DNA of 44,849 nucleotides, from positions 1,398,071 to 1,442,919 of the forward strand of contig NMRA01000017.1 in NCBI GenBank assembly GCA_002633005.1, written 5' to 3'. This DNA comes from Phoronis australis. Its lineage: Eukaryota > Animalia > Phoronida. Shown one piece after another: positions 1 to 12,990 of this stretch. Within the stretch, counting starts at the first letter, position 1; each line of letters starts with the position of its first letter. Under the pieces are notes generated by a model. The model saw only the letters and a list, made by a program, of their open reading frames with translations, had not been told where the DNA came from and searched no databases. The position numbers and the translations under genes were made by a program.

Positions 1-52
1 GGTGAGGGAGGGAGGGAGAGGGAGAGGGGGAGGGGGAGGGGGAGGGAGAGAG
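1..52. repeat. Purine-rich (GGGA/GA)n simple repeat
   Basis: Run of gggagggagggagag... at the window start. Confidence 0.85.
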
Positions 53-1776
53 ATGCAGCTTTAAATTACGAACGTAAACTCACGGGAGTTAGCACACAAT
101 GTGAGTTTACAAAAAACAATTACGTATCTTTTTACTGTTACTTGTAACGTCATGTGATCTGTTTTTACGACATTGTCGCAAGGAAGTATAAGACACATCA
201 AAAGTTTTTCTCTTGTGAAATGGCTGAGAACTTGTACTTTGTTTTATTCATTTAAGTGAAATTTGATCTTTTAAGAACCTTAAAAATTATTTCTAAACCA
301 GGTTGTCGTCTGTACAAAAGTTGACAGGATATTCCACTATTCGCAGTGATTGCGAAATTATGTGCAAACGCGACCCAGTCTCCTGCTCTATCGTGATAGC
401 CAAACATGAGTAAAACATCAGTGAGTTCACATGGTTGCTAGTTGTTTGACTATGAATGAAAACAGGGAAGTATGAAAGTCACTTTTAGCATAAGTAAAAG
501 TACAAGTCAACATAAAACATCCCACGCTTTCTAATAATTTACAAGCCTGGCTCATGAGCGTAAATTACAATTGTTTTCTCGAGTCGCTGATGGGTTTGAT
601 AATCTTGTTGGTAACAGATACAGAACCCTATTATGAGACCAGTTTTGTGAGCGTAAAAGGCCTAATTCCATTTGAATTTGTTAGTTAACTAAACAGGGCG
701 AATCACGCATGTAAATTTCACGTCTCTCTTTGAAGGGGCCGTAACGGGAAAACTAATTCGGTGACCCCATATTTTTGAGAGATTTGTAGTGTGTAAGTCC
801 AAATACAAGATACAAAAATGTAAAAAAACAACATGCAGGAAAAATTAAAGCCCTTTCGAAGTCCCTTTGTAGCACAACACCAGTAAGTACTTAGTTTGGC
901 ATATACGTATGTGTATGATCTTGTTGTGTTTCGTGGTTTTTAGTATATTTTCATTCAAAAATAGGAGTATCACTTGATTCTCGCAATACCTTTCAGTTGT
1001 CCCTATACACAAGAGAACTACCAAAGTCCTGCGGCAGTAGGTTTGTTTTGTTGAATATTCTATTCCTGCATCATTCGGCCACAGGCTCACTTTTGACACA
1101 AACATTCAATATACATGCAGTACTTAGATGTTTTGCTGTCTTATTTTAAAAGCCAAAAACACATATCTAGCCAACTTTTTTACATATCCATCATTCTTAT
1201 CACCTGTACATAACACATCAAGGTAATCACCCGAAACATCTGTCAAACATTTCCCTCCAAGGATTTCATAAAAAGAGCAGTTAAGAAGAGAACGACATTA
1301 TTAATCTATTTCTCCGGTCAAGCATAGCTCACAACAACTTTATTCTCTTCGTACACCATGTTCACGCCCCCTTTTAATGTTTACACTGTGGGCTGATATT
1401 CTTAGTTTTCTCAGAGCTATTCTGTATTTTTTAATTCCTACTGTGTCCAGGTAGCCTTCGAAACGTGACAGGAGATAGGTGGCGCTGTCGCTTGAATAAG
1501 GACACGTAATTTCGTGCTCCAGATCAAAGGTTACCGGCTACAATTTTTGACGAGTGTTTTTTTAAAGCCCCAACACTCTACATTTTGGAAATGTGAATTA
1601 AAGTGATTTTCCAGTAAACAGAAGATTTATGCTCTTCAAGCGAGTTTTAAACTAGCTGTAGAATTGTATTTTTTCAGTCTCCTCATTTCTATTGACCAAA
1701 TAGAAACGGATTAGTTTCACCTCTAATAAAACTACTAGTGCCTTGCTGAGTTGAAAGGTACAATAATATTAGTTAC

Positions 1777-1934
1777 CACGCATTGGTCTTTCTCGCCGTT
1801 GCACTCGTTGTAGGGCGGAGCAAAAAAGTTGAAAGGTTTGTGCTTATACCATGGCCACGGATCCTTGCAATTCTCATCACCTTTATTCTTTGACGCGTCA
1901 TATTTACAAGAGTAACAGCTCAGTTTGGCAGAGT
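1777..1934 (-). CDS. Internal exon of a Ly6/uPAR (three-finger, quiver/sleepless-like) protein
   Basis: Acceptor ttttatttttag before 1934 (phase 1) and donor GTAACT after 1777 (phase 0). Translation (D)SAKLSCYSCKYDASKNKGDENCKDPW...YNECNGEKDQCV fits the L-x-C-Y-x-C...C-x-D-P...C...C N-terminal half of invertebrate Ly6 domains. Other exons not securely identified. Confidence 0.6.
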
Positions 1935-3838
1935 CTAAAAATAAAATTGACATTTCGGTTAAGTAAACGGAAAAGAAATTCTCACATAATTTTTGCCCAT
2001 CCCAGTGGTTTTTTTAAATGTTCACCGCATGAATATTTCAAAAAACCAAATACAGATACCAGAACCAGCTTTGTTTTTGGCCTAAGAGCTCTGCTTTACA
2101 AACTCAACACAGCACAAAATAAGGGCAATTGGGGTGCTACTTTGAGAGTTCAGTACGTAACACAAGTATTCATCACTCCCACATGTTTTTTTGGTAATCG
2201 AATCGAAATATCGAACAAAAGAGTTAGCTTTGGAATTCTTATCTAGGGCATAGCTTACTGCTAGAGCCATTTATAACCACAAAAATACTTCCCATGCATT
2301 CGTATACCCACCAAACATCACAAACGTAAGCCAGATAGGGGTAGTCTCGTATCAAGCCTCTAAATGCTATTATAAACGCTAGATGGGAATCACGATCAGA
2401 CGATACTTCCGTTGAGTCCGAGACGCAACATTGTCCGTAGGTCTACAGATAGCTCGCAGCTAAAATTCATACAATTAAGTCTGCAGTGTCACACTGTCTA
2501 GCTGGTTAAGAAAGAAAATCGAGTTAGGCTTATTACTCTCATATAAGCGGTCATTACTTATCGCCGTGGGATTCTGTTTTCCTCACCAACAAGAACATCG
2601 AAACCAACAATGACTAAAGAAAAAGCTTCACAATTTATTTGGGTTACCTAACCCTAAAATTACGATTTTTTGAGTATTGCTTACGAAGTTGGTAAGGGAA
2701 ATAGAATCCTATCAGGATGAGGAATGTTATGAGACCGATTTTATTAAAGTACGAGGCTATATTCGATCTTCATTTTTGAGCCAACAAAACAGGACGAAAT
2801 GTTCCCATAAGATTTGCGAGCTACGACAATTTATCAGAAACGCTCACTGTCAAAATTTAAAAAAGTGGTTGTTTTTCAGAACAATTACCTGTTCTAGAAA
2901 GTGACAATTTCCCCGTTGAAGCAGAAAATCACTTCCACAAAAACGAATCTGCCCCATATACTTCGTAAGCCAGCACTGGAGTGATCTTCTATACTGAAAA
3001 AATGAAGCCAAGCGTGCACACAACCACTAGTGTCACTAATTGGTGGACGAGTTCCGGTTGTGCTAGGGCTCAATGAGCTGAGATTTAGAAAAAATTGTAT
3101 ACGCAAACGGTTGTGCTTTTGCACTTGTGGATATTTTACTGAATATTATTACAAATTTGTTATTTTCCTCCAATTTTATATCAATTTAAATGCAAGTTAG
3201 ACACTTCTTTTTTTACAGTGGAAAGTAGTCAACCATTTTGAATGCTGAAAACGCGTGAACATAAGCACAAGTCACGAATTTGACCAACTCTAAGGCAACA
3301 AATTAAGGACGGGTCATCGACGGTCGACTCCTGCCAGGTAAGCAACGGTCTGTTGAATCCGTTTGCTCAGTCACCACGGTGATCGTGACTTGCAACGTCC
3401 AAACTTTTTATAAGACACATTCAGATTACACTATTTGTTTTAAGAGACCTGCCTACAAACTTAAGCAAAAATGGATAGACTGGTTTCCTGTTCATACTGC
3501 AGTTATCAAAAAGACAGATTTCGCAAGAGCTCTGCCTCAACTGAGCTAGTTGACATTTCAGTGAAACATTGGCAACCAGAATTTAATGAAAGCTATATCG
3601 CGCTTGGTGGAGCTGCAACCGAGTAAGATACATCCTTTTGTCTTCATAGATTAGCCGGGCCGTGGTGGCTCCTAATGACATGGGCGGCGCACCATAGCAG
3701 GCTGGAGGGGGGGGGGGTGGCGGGTGGGGGGTGGGGCGGGGGTTTTTTTTAAGTGCAAAGTGCAAACGTAAACAACATAAAATTGCCATGCACTAGCTGT
3801 AGTTGGATTAGTCTGAAATTTGTCGTTGTTGTCATCTC

Positions 3839-5313
3839 CATAGACCAAATTCTCGCCGAGAGGAGGCGCGTTCCAAAACGAGGCTCGCTACGATAGCTCT
3901 GTTTGCTTATCGGCATAGTTGTATTTCACTAAGTCCGCGTTGCTCCGCGAACGGCTAGAAAAACTACGGACACTTAACTGTCTGCTTTACAAACCCTAAA
4001 GACGATGAGATTCAGAAGCGTTGGGTCGTTGCCATACGCAAAATATGTACGTAAAATTTATTTTGTCGCATCTCGGCTGCCAAACATCATAGTAGGCCTA
4101 ACGACCGAAGAATGGGCCAGCCAGGCTGTGTTTTCATGACTACGGGTTGAAACATTATAATTTTTCTTTCCAAAAAGGACAGGGCCCTCAATCCCTAGAA
4201 TTTGGGGCCCAATATCGGCCCTATTCCCCTATCAAAAATATTGAAATATCACGCAAAATTCCCCCCACGAGGCATAAAAATTCCCCTAGTGAAAAATCTC
4301 TCTGACTTCACATCACCTGTAACCACACAGGTGAGAATTTTTAAGAGAACAAAAGGCTACTTTAAATTGAGACAGAGCCTAAGAGAGCTTGCAACTGGGC
4401 GGAGGTGCTATTGATGGTGATCGGGAGGTAGATTATTCCCCCCACTTGGCGAAAAAATCGCCTCTCAGAGTATGCACCGGCACCTTTCCCCTCGGATGAA
4501 CGAGGCTCCTGGAGAAACACGATAACTATGATTGCTTTGTCTAGTTAACTGAAATTGAGTTCTAAAACGAGATTATGCTTTGGACGAACGAATTAGGTGT
4601 TTTAATTTTTAAAATTCAACTTGGTCCAGATTGATATTTGAAACCTCAAACATAAAATAGACGTAAGAATTATTACAACCAAGAAAGCAGAATTGAATGT
4701 CAAATAATTTTTATTTTCAATTACGAGCCTGGTTTTTTATTTTTATAAAAATATATTTAATAACATCAATTATTCTTTCAGGTCAATAACAAATCAACTG
4801 TTAGTCCCAGTGAGTGCATAGGATCAGGATATGCTTGATGTTAATATTCTTGATCAAAAATTAAACAAGATGTGACTAATTGCACATGACAGCCACCACT
4901 GTCGAATATGTCCTCAACTCGTCAACAATACGAGCAGATGACCTGGTTCGCGTAGAAAGTATTTTGATCAACAATTTACAAGAAAAAACGTAACCCTGCA
5001 TTCAGCATAATACCTAATCCGTAACACTACGATCGCCGAAATTTGGTCATATTTACTTTTCATGTTTCGAACCTAGTTTTCCGAAAAAATTAAACCCTTT
5101 CGTCAGACAACTCTTTGGCGCTTTAACTTGTTCTCTAATGTAATTTTTTACGTCTCTGTGGTTAATTGTCGATACATTATTAAAATTTAATATCCAGGTT
5201 GGACTCGAAAGACCACCGGGCTATTTAACTCACGCAATGTCAACTTCCGTTTTGTTTATCGCAGTGAGCCTCGCTTTGGATTTTAATGTCCGCCGCGTGA
5301 ATTGGGTCTATTG
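3839..5313 (+). mobile_element. Degenerate TIR DNA transposon carrying a THAP-domain remnant (P-element-like?)
   Basis: Imperfect inverted ends: catagaccaaattctcgccg...ccaaaacgaggctcgctacgata versus tatcgcagtgagcctcgctttgga...cgcgtgaattgggtctattg. 3935-4048 translates PRCSANG*KNYGHLTVCFTNPKDDEIQKRWVVAIRK (THAP start with an in-frame stop). No TSD found. Confidence 0.55.
4180..4505 (+). repeat. Dispersed repeat, copy A (copy B at ~12754-12990)
   Basis: Shared blocks cagggccct, gagacagagccta, ggtgctat..atggtgatcgg and cctctcaga...gatgaacga in the same order. Confidence 0.6.
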
Positions 5314-7239
5314 AAATACGTCTGATAAATTTCAAAACGACCCTCAAAAGAGTTAAAAAGATACAGCCATGGACTCAAAAATGCCATTAGGGGGCGCCAA
5401 AGCAGTAAAACCCCTTTCGAAAATTAACGTCAATTGTGGTCTTCTCATCAGGAACAAATCTGCCAACGTTCATAATCATCCTTTGAGTTGTTTAGTGAAT
5501 AGAGAGGCTAATCACAAAAGCGTACTAAAAATTAAAATGGTGTCCATCTCCTTATTAGAACCCTATTTGCCATATTTTATGAAAATCCACCTAGGAACTC
5601 AAACGTAAAAAGCAAAAATTAGGACTAGAGGACAGAGCAGTAGCGGATACAGCAGCGGACGTCGGACAGCAATGACACCCGCATATAAATTTGTGGGCGC
5701 TTAAAAAGGTCGGCCTTATCAAAACATTTTTGTTTTGCCCACCCTCATCCCCGCCGAGCTGACGTACTATCAAGAACGCCCGGAAGGCGATAGAGAACGA
5801 GACTTTGCACCAAAAATGACCTGGCACGTGATCGCATGGGCATGCAGATATCAGATGGAATTTGTAAAATTTGTGTCCCTTGGATTTTTTGTTTGCGAAC
5901 AGGCGTGATTTCACATAACTTCCTTAAGACAGCATTTGGCGAGGAGAGCTCGAATGAACAGCGACAGATTTTCGTTGGCATACGCTTCAGTTATGCTCAC
6001 TAAATTGTCTCAAAGTTGAAGATGACAAAAATATTTTGGAGTTCGAGTTCGGAGATTAAGTCCACATCCGGGCCCAGAAGTATCAGGCGGCGTGCGAGCG
6101 GTGCAAACGTAATGGGTCGGCAAAGCAAGGAAGAGTAGCGACTGTTTCATGCAACTGGACATAGATGGTTCTCTAATGCAAAGAGCAATTGTCGATAAAT
6201 GGTCTTATACCAGTGACATTATTCTTTATCTTAGAAAATCTTAAGTCACCTCTGATTAAGGGTACAATTCAAGCGTTAATTTGTCGTTGTTTTAACGAAC
6301 GTAAAGAATTTGAATCAAGTCTTTCGGAGCTTTTCAACTCAGTATGAGACCGTCAACTAATGAAACTGTACAACTGGGTCCGGGATCTAATCTTTCTCTC
6401 GAAGTCGAACACAAAATTATCATTTGTGAAATTCTCCGTGATACTTTTGTACGCCCACAAGGTACCGGTATGTGCCGCTAGAGTATTTCACGGTGTAGAG
6501 GGACGATTACACCTGAACCGTGCGCGCAACGAGGCCTAAAACTGAACACAAAATCTTGACTCTTTACTCGAGTTTGTAGTTTGGGCGTAGAGGACATCAA
6601 GTGTGAAGTTGGAGGGAACTCATATCTGAAGTACTCGAGCACAAAATGATTTAATCGGTAAACCAACCTTTGAACAAGGTTGGAAATCCGTACTTTTAAA
6701 GTGTATAATTTAATATCATACATATCACACTCAAATTACACATCAAATATTAATCTGCACATGTCGAAGCTGTGATCACGTGCACACATTTATCTGCAGA
6801 AATAGTACGGCGACTATAACAGCACGGAAACCAAACCATTCGCGAAAGATTTCATTCTCTTGAAGATTCGACTTTTATTATTTGCTAGTCACTCTGCCAT
6901 TGCATTTTTGTGAACTGGTGAACTAAAGCATCCATTTGGACCATTGGCTGGCATTCGATTCACCACAGATTATATTATGACGTCATTGAGGTCAAAATCT
7001 GATGGTTCAAGGAAAGGCTGAGGAATTTCCCAATGACTATTAACCAATAAGAAAAATAAATGTTAAACACTAACTTTGTAGAGCACAGGCTAGCAACTTC
7101 AACTGTTCTAAATCCAAATAAAATCTTCGTTCGCGCACCTCCATCGGACTGGTATTGCATAAATCTCCAAACCCTCATCTTCCCTAGCCAGCCACCTAGC
7201 TATAGGAAGACTACCGTCAAAATACAACTTGGTACCACT

Positions 7240-8495
7240 TAGCTTTGGTGCAAAGCTATATACTAAATATACAAGTTACCACTGATGTGGGTAATAATGG
7301 CAAAATAAAATCTGACAAAAAGTTAGTGTCATTGAAACTACACTCCTCCTCGAGCAAACTAAATTATTTGACAGTGCTGAAAGAATTGGTGCTCTACCGT
7401 AATTCTAATGCTAAAGTTGTTGAGCGACCTTTTGCGTTGGCTTTCGCCGCCATGAAAAATTACATCACGTATTGGCCAGTTTCTTTTTTCTCCGATTCTT
7501 CAATCAACTGTTTTTCTTCCACGAGGTTGAGTATATGTCACAACAAATTATTTGAACTGGTTTCATTTCGTTACAAGTTTTTAATATCTTAATACTAGCA
7601 AACCGAATTTCAGAACAGTGTCATCATCTTCCTAGAGATGTCGGAAAGTTTTAGGACATGGCGCGTGCGCGTGTCACGAGGTCACTGTTTCCGAAACAAC
7701 GACTTTACAAAAGGCGAAGAATTATGGAAGAAAATGCATGTAAATAGTGACAGTCAAGCTACACACATCTTGCCCGTTACAGTCGTTTAAGTGAAAAAAC
7801 GATCTAACATAAACGTCATCTCTCGAGAGGTAACGGCAACTTCACACCACCAAAGCTTGTTCTGAAATTCGATTTGCTGGTATTAAAACAGTGGATACCA
7901 TAAGAGGGCCCACTCGGAGAATTGGGCTAAGCGGATTGTATACACAGACGCCCCGAAAGTTGCGGGAGTTGACGATGTGACCTGGTGTTCAAAATCTATC
8001 GGAGGACTAAAAAAAAAAAAAACGGCAACGCCATTCCACCGCGCTTCCTCCCCTCCTCGTCCGCTGCCGTTCCTAGTTCGTGAACTCCATATTTCCTCTC
8101 ACGCTTCACGCTGTTGCTGTTAAATTTTGTTTGCACCAGTCCCTGCCCCCCTGAATCCGCCTATGTTAAAATGCTAAAAACTTATAACGAAATGAAACCA
8201 GTAGCGATAAGTTTGTTGTGTGATTGAAGAATTAGCTAAAAAGAAATTGGCCAATAGGTGACGCAATACTACATGGCGCCGAAAGCCGACGCAAAAGATC
8301 GCACCACAAATTTAGCAGCAGAATAACGGTAGAACGCCAATTTTTCCAACACCGATAAACAATTTAGTTTACTCAAGGAAGAGTGTAGTTTTTGATAACA
8401 CAAATTTTGTAGCAGATTTTATTCAGTCAGTTTTTTACCCACATCGGCGCAAAGCTGTACATTTCATATACATGTACAGCTTTGCACCAAGGCTA
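7240..8495. mobile_element. Non-autonomous element with long (~350-380 bp) diverged TIRs, interrupted by a ~280-bp insertion
   Basis: 7240-7620 is the reverse complement of 7858-7886 plus 8166-8495, e.g. tagctttggtgcaaagct / agctttgcaccaaggcta and actggtttcatttcgtta / taacgaaatgaaaccagt. Termini are TAG...CTA. Confidence 0.7.
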
Positions 8496-9329
8496 TATCT
8501 GCCCCTGATCTAATGAAATTGTCCCTGTGAGAGGTGAATCAGTGTAGGAATTTCCAAAACAATCAGAAAACTCTGAATTCAAGGAGGCTAAATAGCTAAC
8601 ATGGTGGATTTCAGTTGTGCTTGAACTTGTACGCCTGTCAAGGATAAAACTTCGTGTTTGAATTCGCACAAACTTAGAACGGAATACTTTTAAGTACAAA
8701 GATTTACATCCTCACCAATCTCAACACTGACTTACGTGTTACCGACATCATACTGAGCATATGTAGGCCTAATGCTTTTAGGAAGAGCGAGGCCATTTTC
8801 ATGATCAACATCGCATGAATGTGAGCAGCTTCGCAACACACGTCGCGTGCTGTTTCTTATATGCAAATACTGAATATAAGTGCACAGTAAACCAACCCTG
8901 AATCTGAAAAAGGTTTGAAGTCCTTGTGTTGAAATCATATAACTATAGGCTACAGAAATCAATCGCTTCAAAAGTATTTACCGAAGCTCAACACCTTACT
9001 GTTCATTTTTTACTTTGTCGTTGGAAATTTTCACCTTACGGTAAACTCATATACATTAGGTTTCAAAGTAGACTAGACAACGTCGAAATTTATCTAAGTT
9101 TCCACGCTTCAATTCTGGCTAAATCGCGACAAAAACTCCACAGGTGTTGCCCCAACCACGTTGTCGAAATCGTGACAACTAATTGCGAATTCAATGCCTT
9201 TTACATACATGAACAATCAGCAGCTTCGCGCAATAACGTCAAGTTAAACTTCGACAAAAGTTTGACAAAAACGCTATTTCATTGTAAATCGATGTATGTT
9301 ATGGCACATTATATAATATGCAGAAAATA

Positions 9330-9545
9330 ATGAGTCGTTGAGATAAAAGGGCAACGTTTCGCAAGCGTCTGCTGGCTTTTTCAAGCCTGTGCGACCCTTG
9401 GTGGACTCTGTCGGAGTTGAGAAAATGGGCGGGAAACTTGGCGTCAGAATCCTGTCCCAGGTGTGTGATAGGTTGGATGTCAAGCCTCCTCTTCCGTTAA
9501 AAGATGGATTTTAAATTCTTTCATATATGCACTCCTTTGCCCGCT
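9330..9545 (-). mobile_element. 3' fragment of a Penelope-like retroelement (GIY-YIG endonuclease C-terminus and tail)
   Basis: Minus strand reads RAKECIYERI*NPSFNGRGGLTSNLSHTWDRIL, matching the Penelope C-terminal pattern R-x-K-E-A-I-Y...P-S-L-N-R-x-G-G...L-S-x-T-W/Y. It is followed by a hammerhead-like motif at 9385-9352. Confidence 0.7.
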
Positions 9546-10692
9546 TGCATATGAAACAGTCCCAAATAGGGACTCAACTAAGTTCCTTAAGTATAAAGCG
9601 TATTTGTGGGCCTGTGAAAACACTGATTGCCCTGTCTTGTGCTATTTGAGTCTCATTATTAAAGTCCTTCTTGCAAACTGCCCATGTGGTTCCAGTATCC
9701 GAAAATACTTACTACATAAATTCTTATTTTCGACACCCTTTCTTTATATTCTTTTCGCCTTTCTTGCCAAAAGCGATTTTTTAACAGTATTTGACCCTTC
9801 TCTCTGAGCGTATGATTACCGGTTGTCATCGGTTATTTCCGTACCCACATTTCCGGCTCATCAGTTCAGGAACTTGTCCTGAACGCCGCCATTTTTTCCT
9901 TGTAACTGAATGTGCTATGGCTTGCTCGAAAAGTTTTCATTATTTTGTTTTATTAGTAATATATCGTGATTCGTTTGCATATGTAGTGTATTTATAGTTT
10001 GTAGTTAGTGGTCGTTGATTTTTTTGGAATGTTACGCGTACTTAGTATGTTAAAATAGCATTGGTGTTTAGTTCCTTACGTAGGCGGGTCGAACCTAGGA
10101 ACCAATATGGGTCGAACCAATTTTTTTCGGTTTTATTTTTTTCCTCGTTTTGAAAAAGTACTTTGCTATCATCGGAAAGGTAGTACATTCTACTCAGTAA
10201 AAATCGAAAAAGTATCAAAATCGGGGCAAGCACTGTAAAGTTATTGCAAGTTTTGTGGCGAAATTTGGGTCACTTTGTTTGGATCGCGTCGGCCATATTG
10301 GAGGACAGCGGGATGAGTTACGAGTTTAAAACTTTGTGTAAATTGTTTTCGCCAACAAATTACGGTGAAATTTAGTTAGACATATCTTTACTTACTATTC
10401 TGCACGATTTAGCAGTGTTCACCAAATTTCAGCCTCGCAGTTGTTACTCATTAAGTGATAAATGTGCTCACAATTCCCGTTGGACTTCGTCTCATTTCTG
10501 GCGGCACCTACAATGTCGACTTTTGCTGAACTGAAAGGCATGTTCAATCGGCTACTTTGTAGTTTGAGAAGATTTAACGTTGATACATTTTGACAAACGT
10601 TGCTACAAAAAAGAAACTTTGTTCAATTTTCGTGTTTTTTGTGTTTGTGGCCAGCGACCAGCTAGGCCTAAGGGTAGTCTTGGCGCAAAGCT

Positions 10693-10846
10693 GCCTCCCG
10701 TTCATTAACGCTAGGACCTCGCTAAAAAGCAAGACTTCGCGAGATTACGTGAGATATTACCGAGCATTTTAAATAAGAACACGTGACTTTGACTACGTTT
10801 TAGCTAGGTCCTAGCGTAGGTCCTAGCGTCTACTGAACGCACGCCT
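10693..10846. mobile_element. Small MITE-like element with imperfect TIRs; related end at ~12603-12660
   Basis: cgttcattaacgctaggacct versus aggtcctagcgtctactgaacg are inverted. Confidence 0.4.
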
Positions 10847-12753
10847 GTATAGGCCTACTAACAAGCTGTATTTTGACTATAGTCTTCACTGGTAGCTGGT
10901 GACTGAGGCTAACTAAGGTCTGCCGCGGCAGTGTGACACAGGACTAACCAGCCCGTAATTTCATGCAAGTGTCTGAAACTACCCTTGAATATTTGCAGCA
11001 TTTATCATTTGACCATTTTACTTCGACAAAACAGCTTGCAACCGCATGCATTTACCGTTCGCCAGTGTCTGGTCTCGATAGGCACCGGGTCCGATAGGCT
11101 GCGGTCCCGAGTCTGGCAAAAAAAATTCTGTCAAAATTTATTCGCCACATTTCTTCAGCAAATTCCATAAAATTGTCCGTAGTTTGATTTGATCAAAATT
11201 AAGGCGCGCTGTCGATTTTTTTTATCCCCGTTTGCTGGCTGGTAACAGTACAGGCACTGCTCTAGTCGCACTGACGGCGTTTTCTTAACCTGGGTTCCTG
11301 AATGAATTGTACTTCCGGGTTCGCGGCAAGTTCAAAATGGCGGTGTTTCTTCGGGTGCAAATCGTGAGTGGCGCGTTCATTTAAACTGTTTTCGAGTACG
11401 GATCGTGTATTAGTTATGGGGTAGGTACTTCTTGGATCCTTATAACATCTTCTAACCATGTAATAAGGGTTAACAACGCGTGAGAGAAGGACTTTAAGAC
11501 AATTTCTGGCTTTGATATAAATCAAGAGTGAACTCTGCGTTGAATTCTTTTGAATAATATTGAAAATAAGAAAGCATCCTTTCATGCAACGCCCCTAATT
11601 TAAGGACTAAGTCCCGAATTATTTCAATTGAATTAAGGGGTCTGATAGTAGGTATGTTATTAGACTTCTAGAAAAAATCGTCAGATTCACTATTTTTGAA
11701 ACACTGGAAATGTTAACTCTACCATCCCAATACCTTTCAAATTCTCCGCCCGTAATAATATCAATTTGCGACACTTGCTGATGATTTTTCTCTGTGAACT
11801 GCACTTGTGAGAACTGCTACACATGCCTACACACCCCATAACATGTTTAAGTACTTTTATTCTGTATATTCTGTGTACTGTAATTTTAGCTTGTATTTTA
11901 GGTTTTTTCAGATTCAGGCTTTTGATTTTTAAAAATTGTCGGATAATAGCAATTGTGCAAATGTTTCATTGTTAAACTTCACTGACTTTTAAATAAAGAT
12001 TATTACTACCATTCATGCGCATGCGATAAAAGACGTCGGACTGGCTGCGGCTTGAAATTGAAATTTTGGTTATAGAAAAGGTCAAAGGTCACATTTTCCA
12101 TGTATGGGAAATGTGCTACCTCTATGTCTTGCCATAGCGAATAAATAAACGTGCTTTGCCGTATGGGAGAAAAAACGACGGTGACAAGCAGTTGCCTGGT
12201 CGTTTTTTGAAACTTGAAACTAAAGGAAAAATACTTTGTCATCAACAGAAACTCAAAATTTTTACGAACAAACCGTAAAAATACTTGCCGAAAAGTCTTT
12301 CTGTTTCAGTGACAGAGAACCACATCGAATAATAGTTTGTTTTCACGTACTATGCCATTTCAAAGCTAACGCACCAACTTTTTATCAAAATGGTGAAAAA
12401 ACGACCCAAATCTATAATAGAAAATTGAAAAATACACCCGCATCTCAACAACGTGTGAATTAGTTCTCCCACATACATGTAGTATGAAAAATATCTTCAT
12501 GACAAGTGTTGACTTTGAGTCGGATCATTACACAGTTCCCCGAAAACAAAGCTCGCAAATGCTTGTGTTGAATACTTTACAAAAGAATTTAATCGACACT
12601 AGAGGGTGCGTTTCGTGAACGCTAAAAACTAGCGAAAAGCAAGATCGGCCAAGACCACGCAAATCTAGAGAGTGCCAGGCCTATGTATTGCAAGTATGCT
12701 TGGGAACTTATTTCGATGGTACCGCAGGCGTGGTTCAGGACTACCTGCACTTG

Positions 12754-12990
12754 CAGGGCCCTAAATCCTTCTGAAAAAATATTGGAAAATCAAGCGAAAT
12801 CCCCCCCCATGATGCTCAAAAACTCCCCTCAAGTGTTTGAAAATTCTAGGTTCGGCTACGTGAGACAGAGCCTATGAGGGCNGGGGCGGTGGGTGCTATG
12901 CATGGTGATCGGAAGGCGGAATTTCCGCCTCACCTTGAAATATCCCCCTCTCAGATGGCACACTGGTTCCTTTACCCTCTGATGAACGAC
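12754..12990 (+). repeat. Dispersed repeat, copy B (copy A at ~4180-4505)
   Basis: Same shared blocks as copy A. Confidence 0.6.

Noticed and set aside
121-1105. Candidate downstream Ly6 exons (121-240 KVQV...LRQC; ORF 845-1105)
   Set aside because: No acceptor gives an open, phase-0 join to the 1777 donor.
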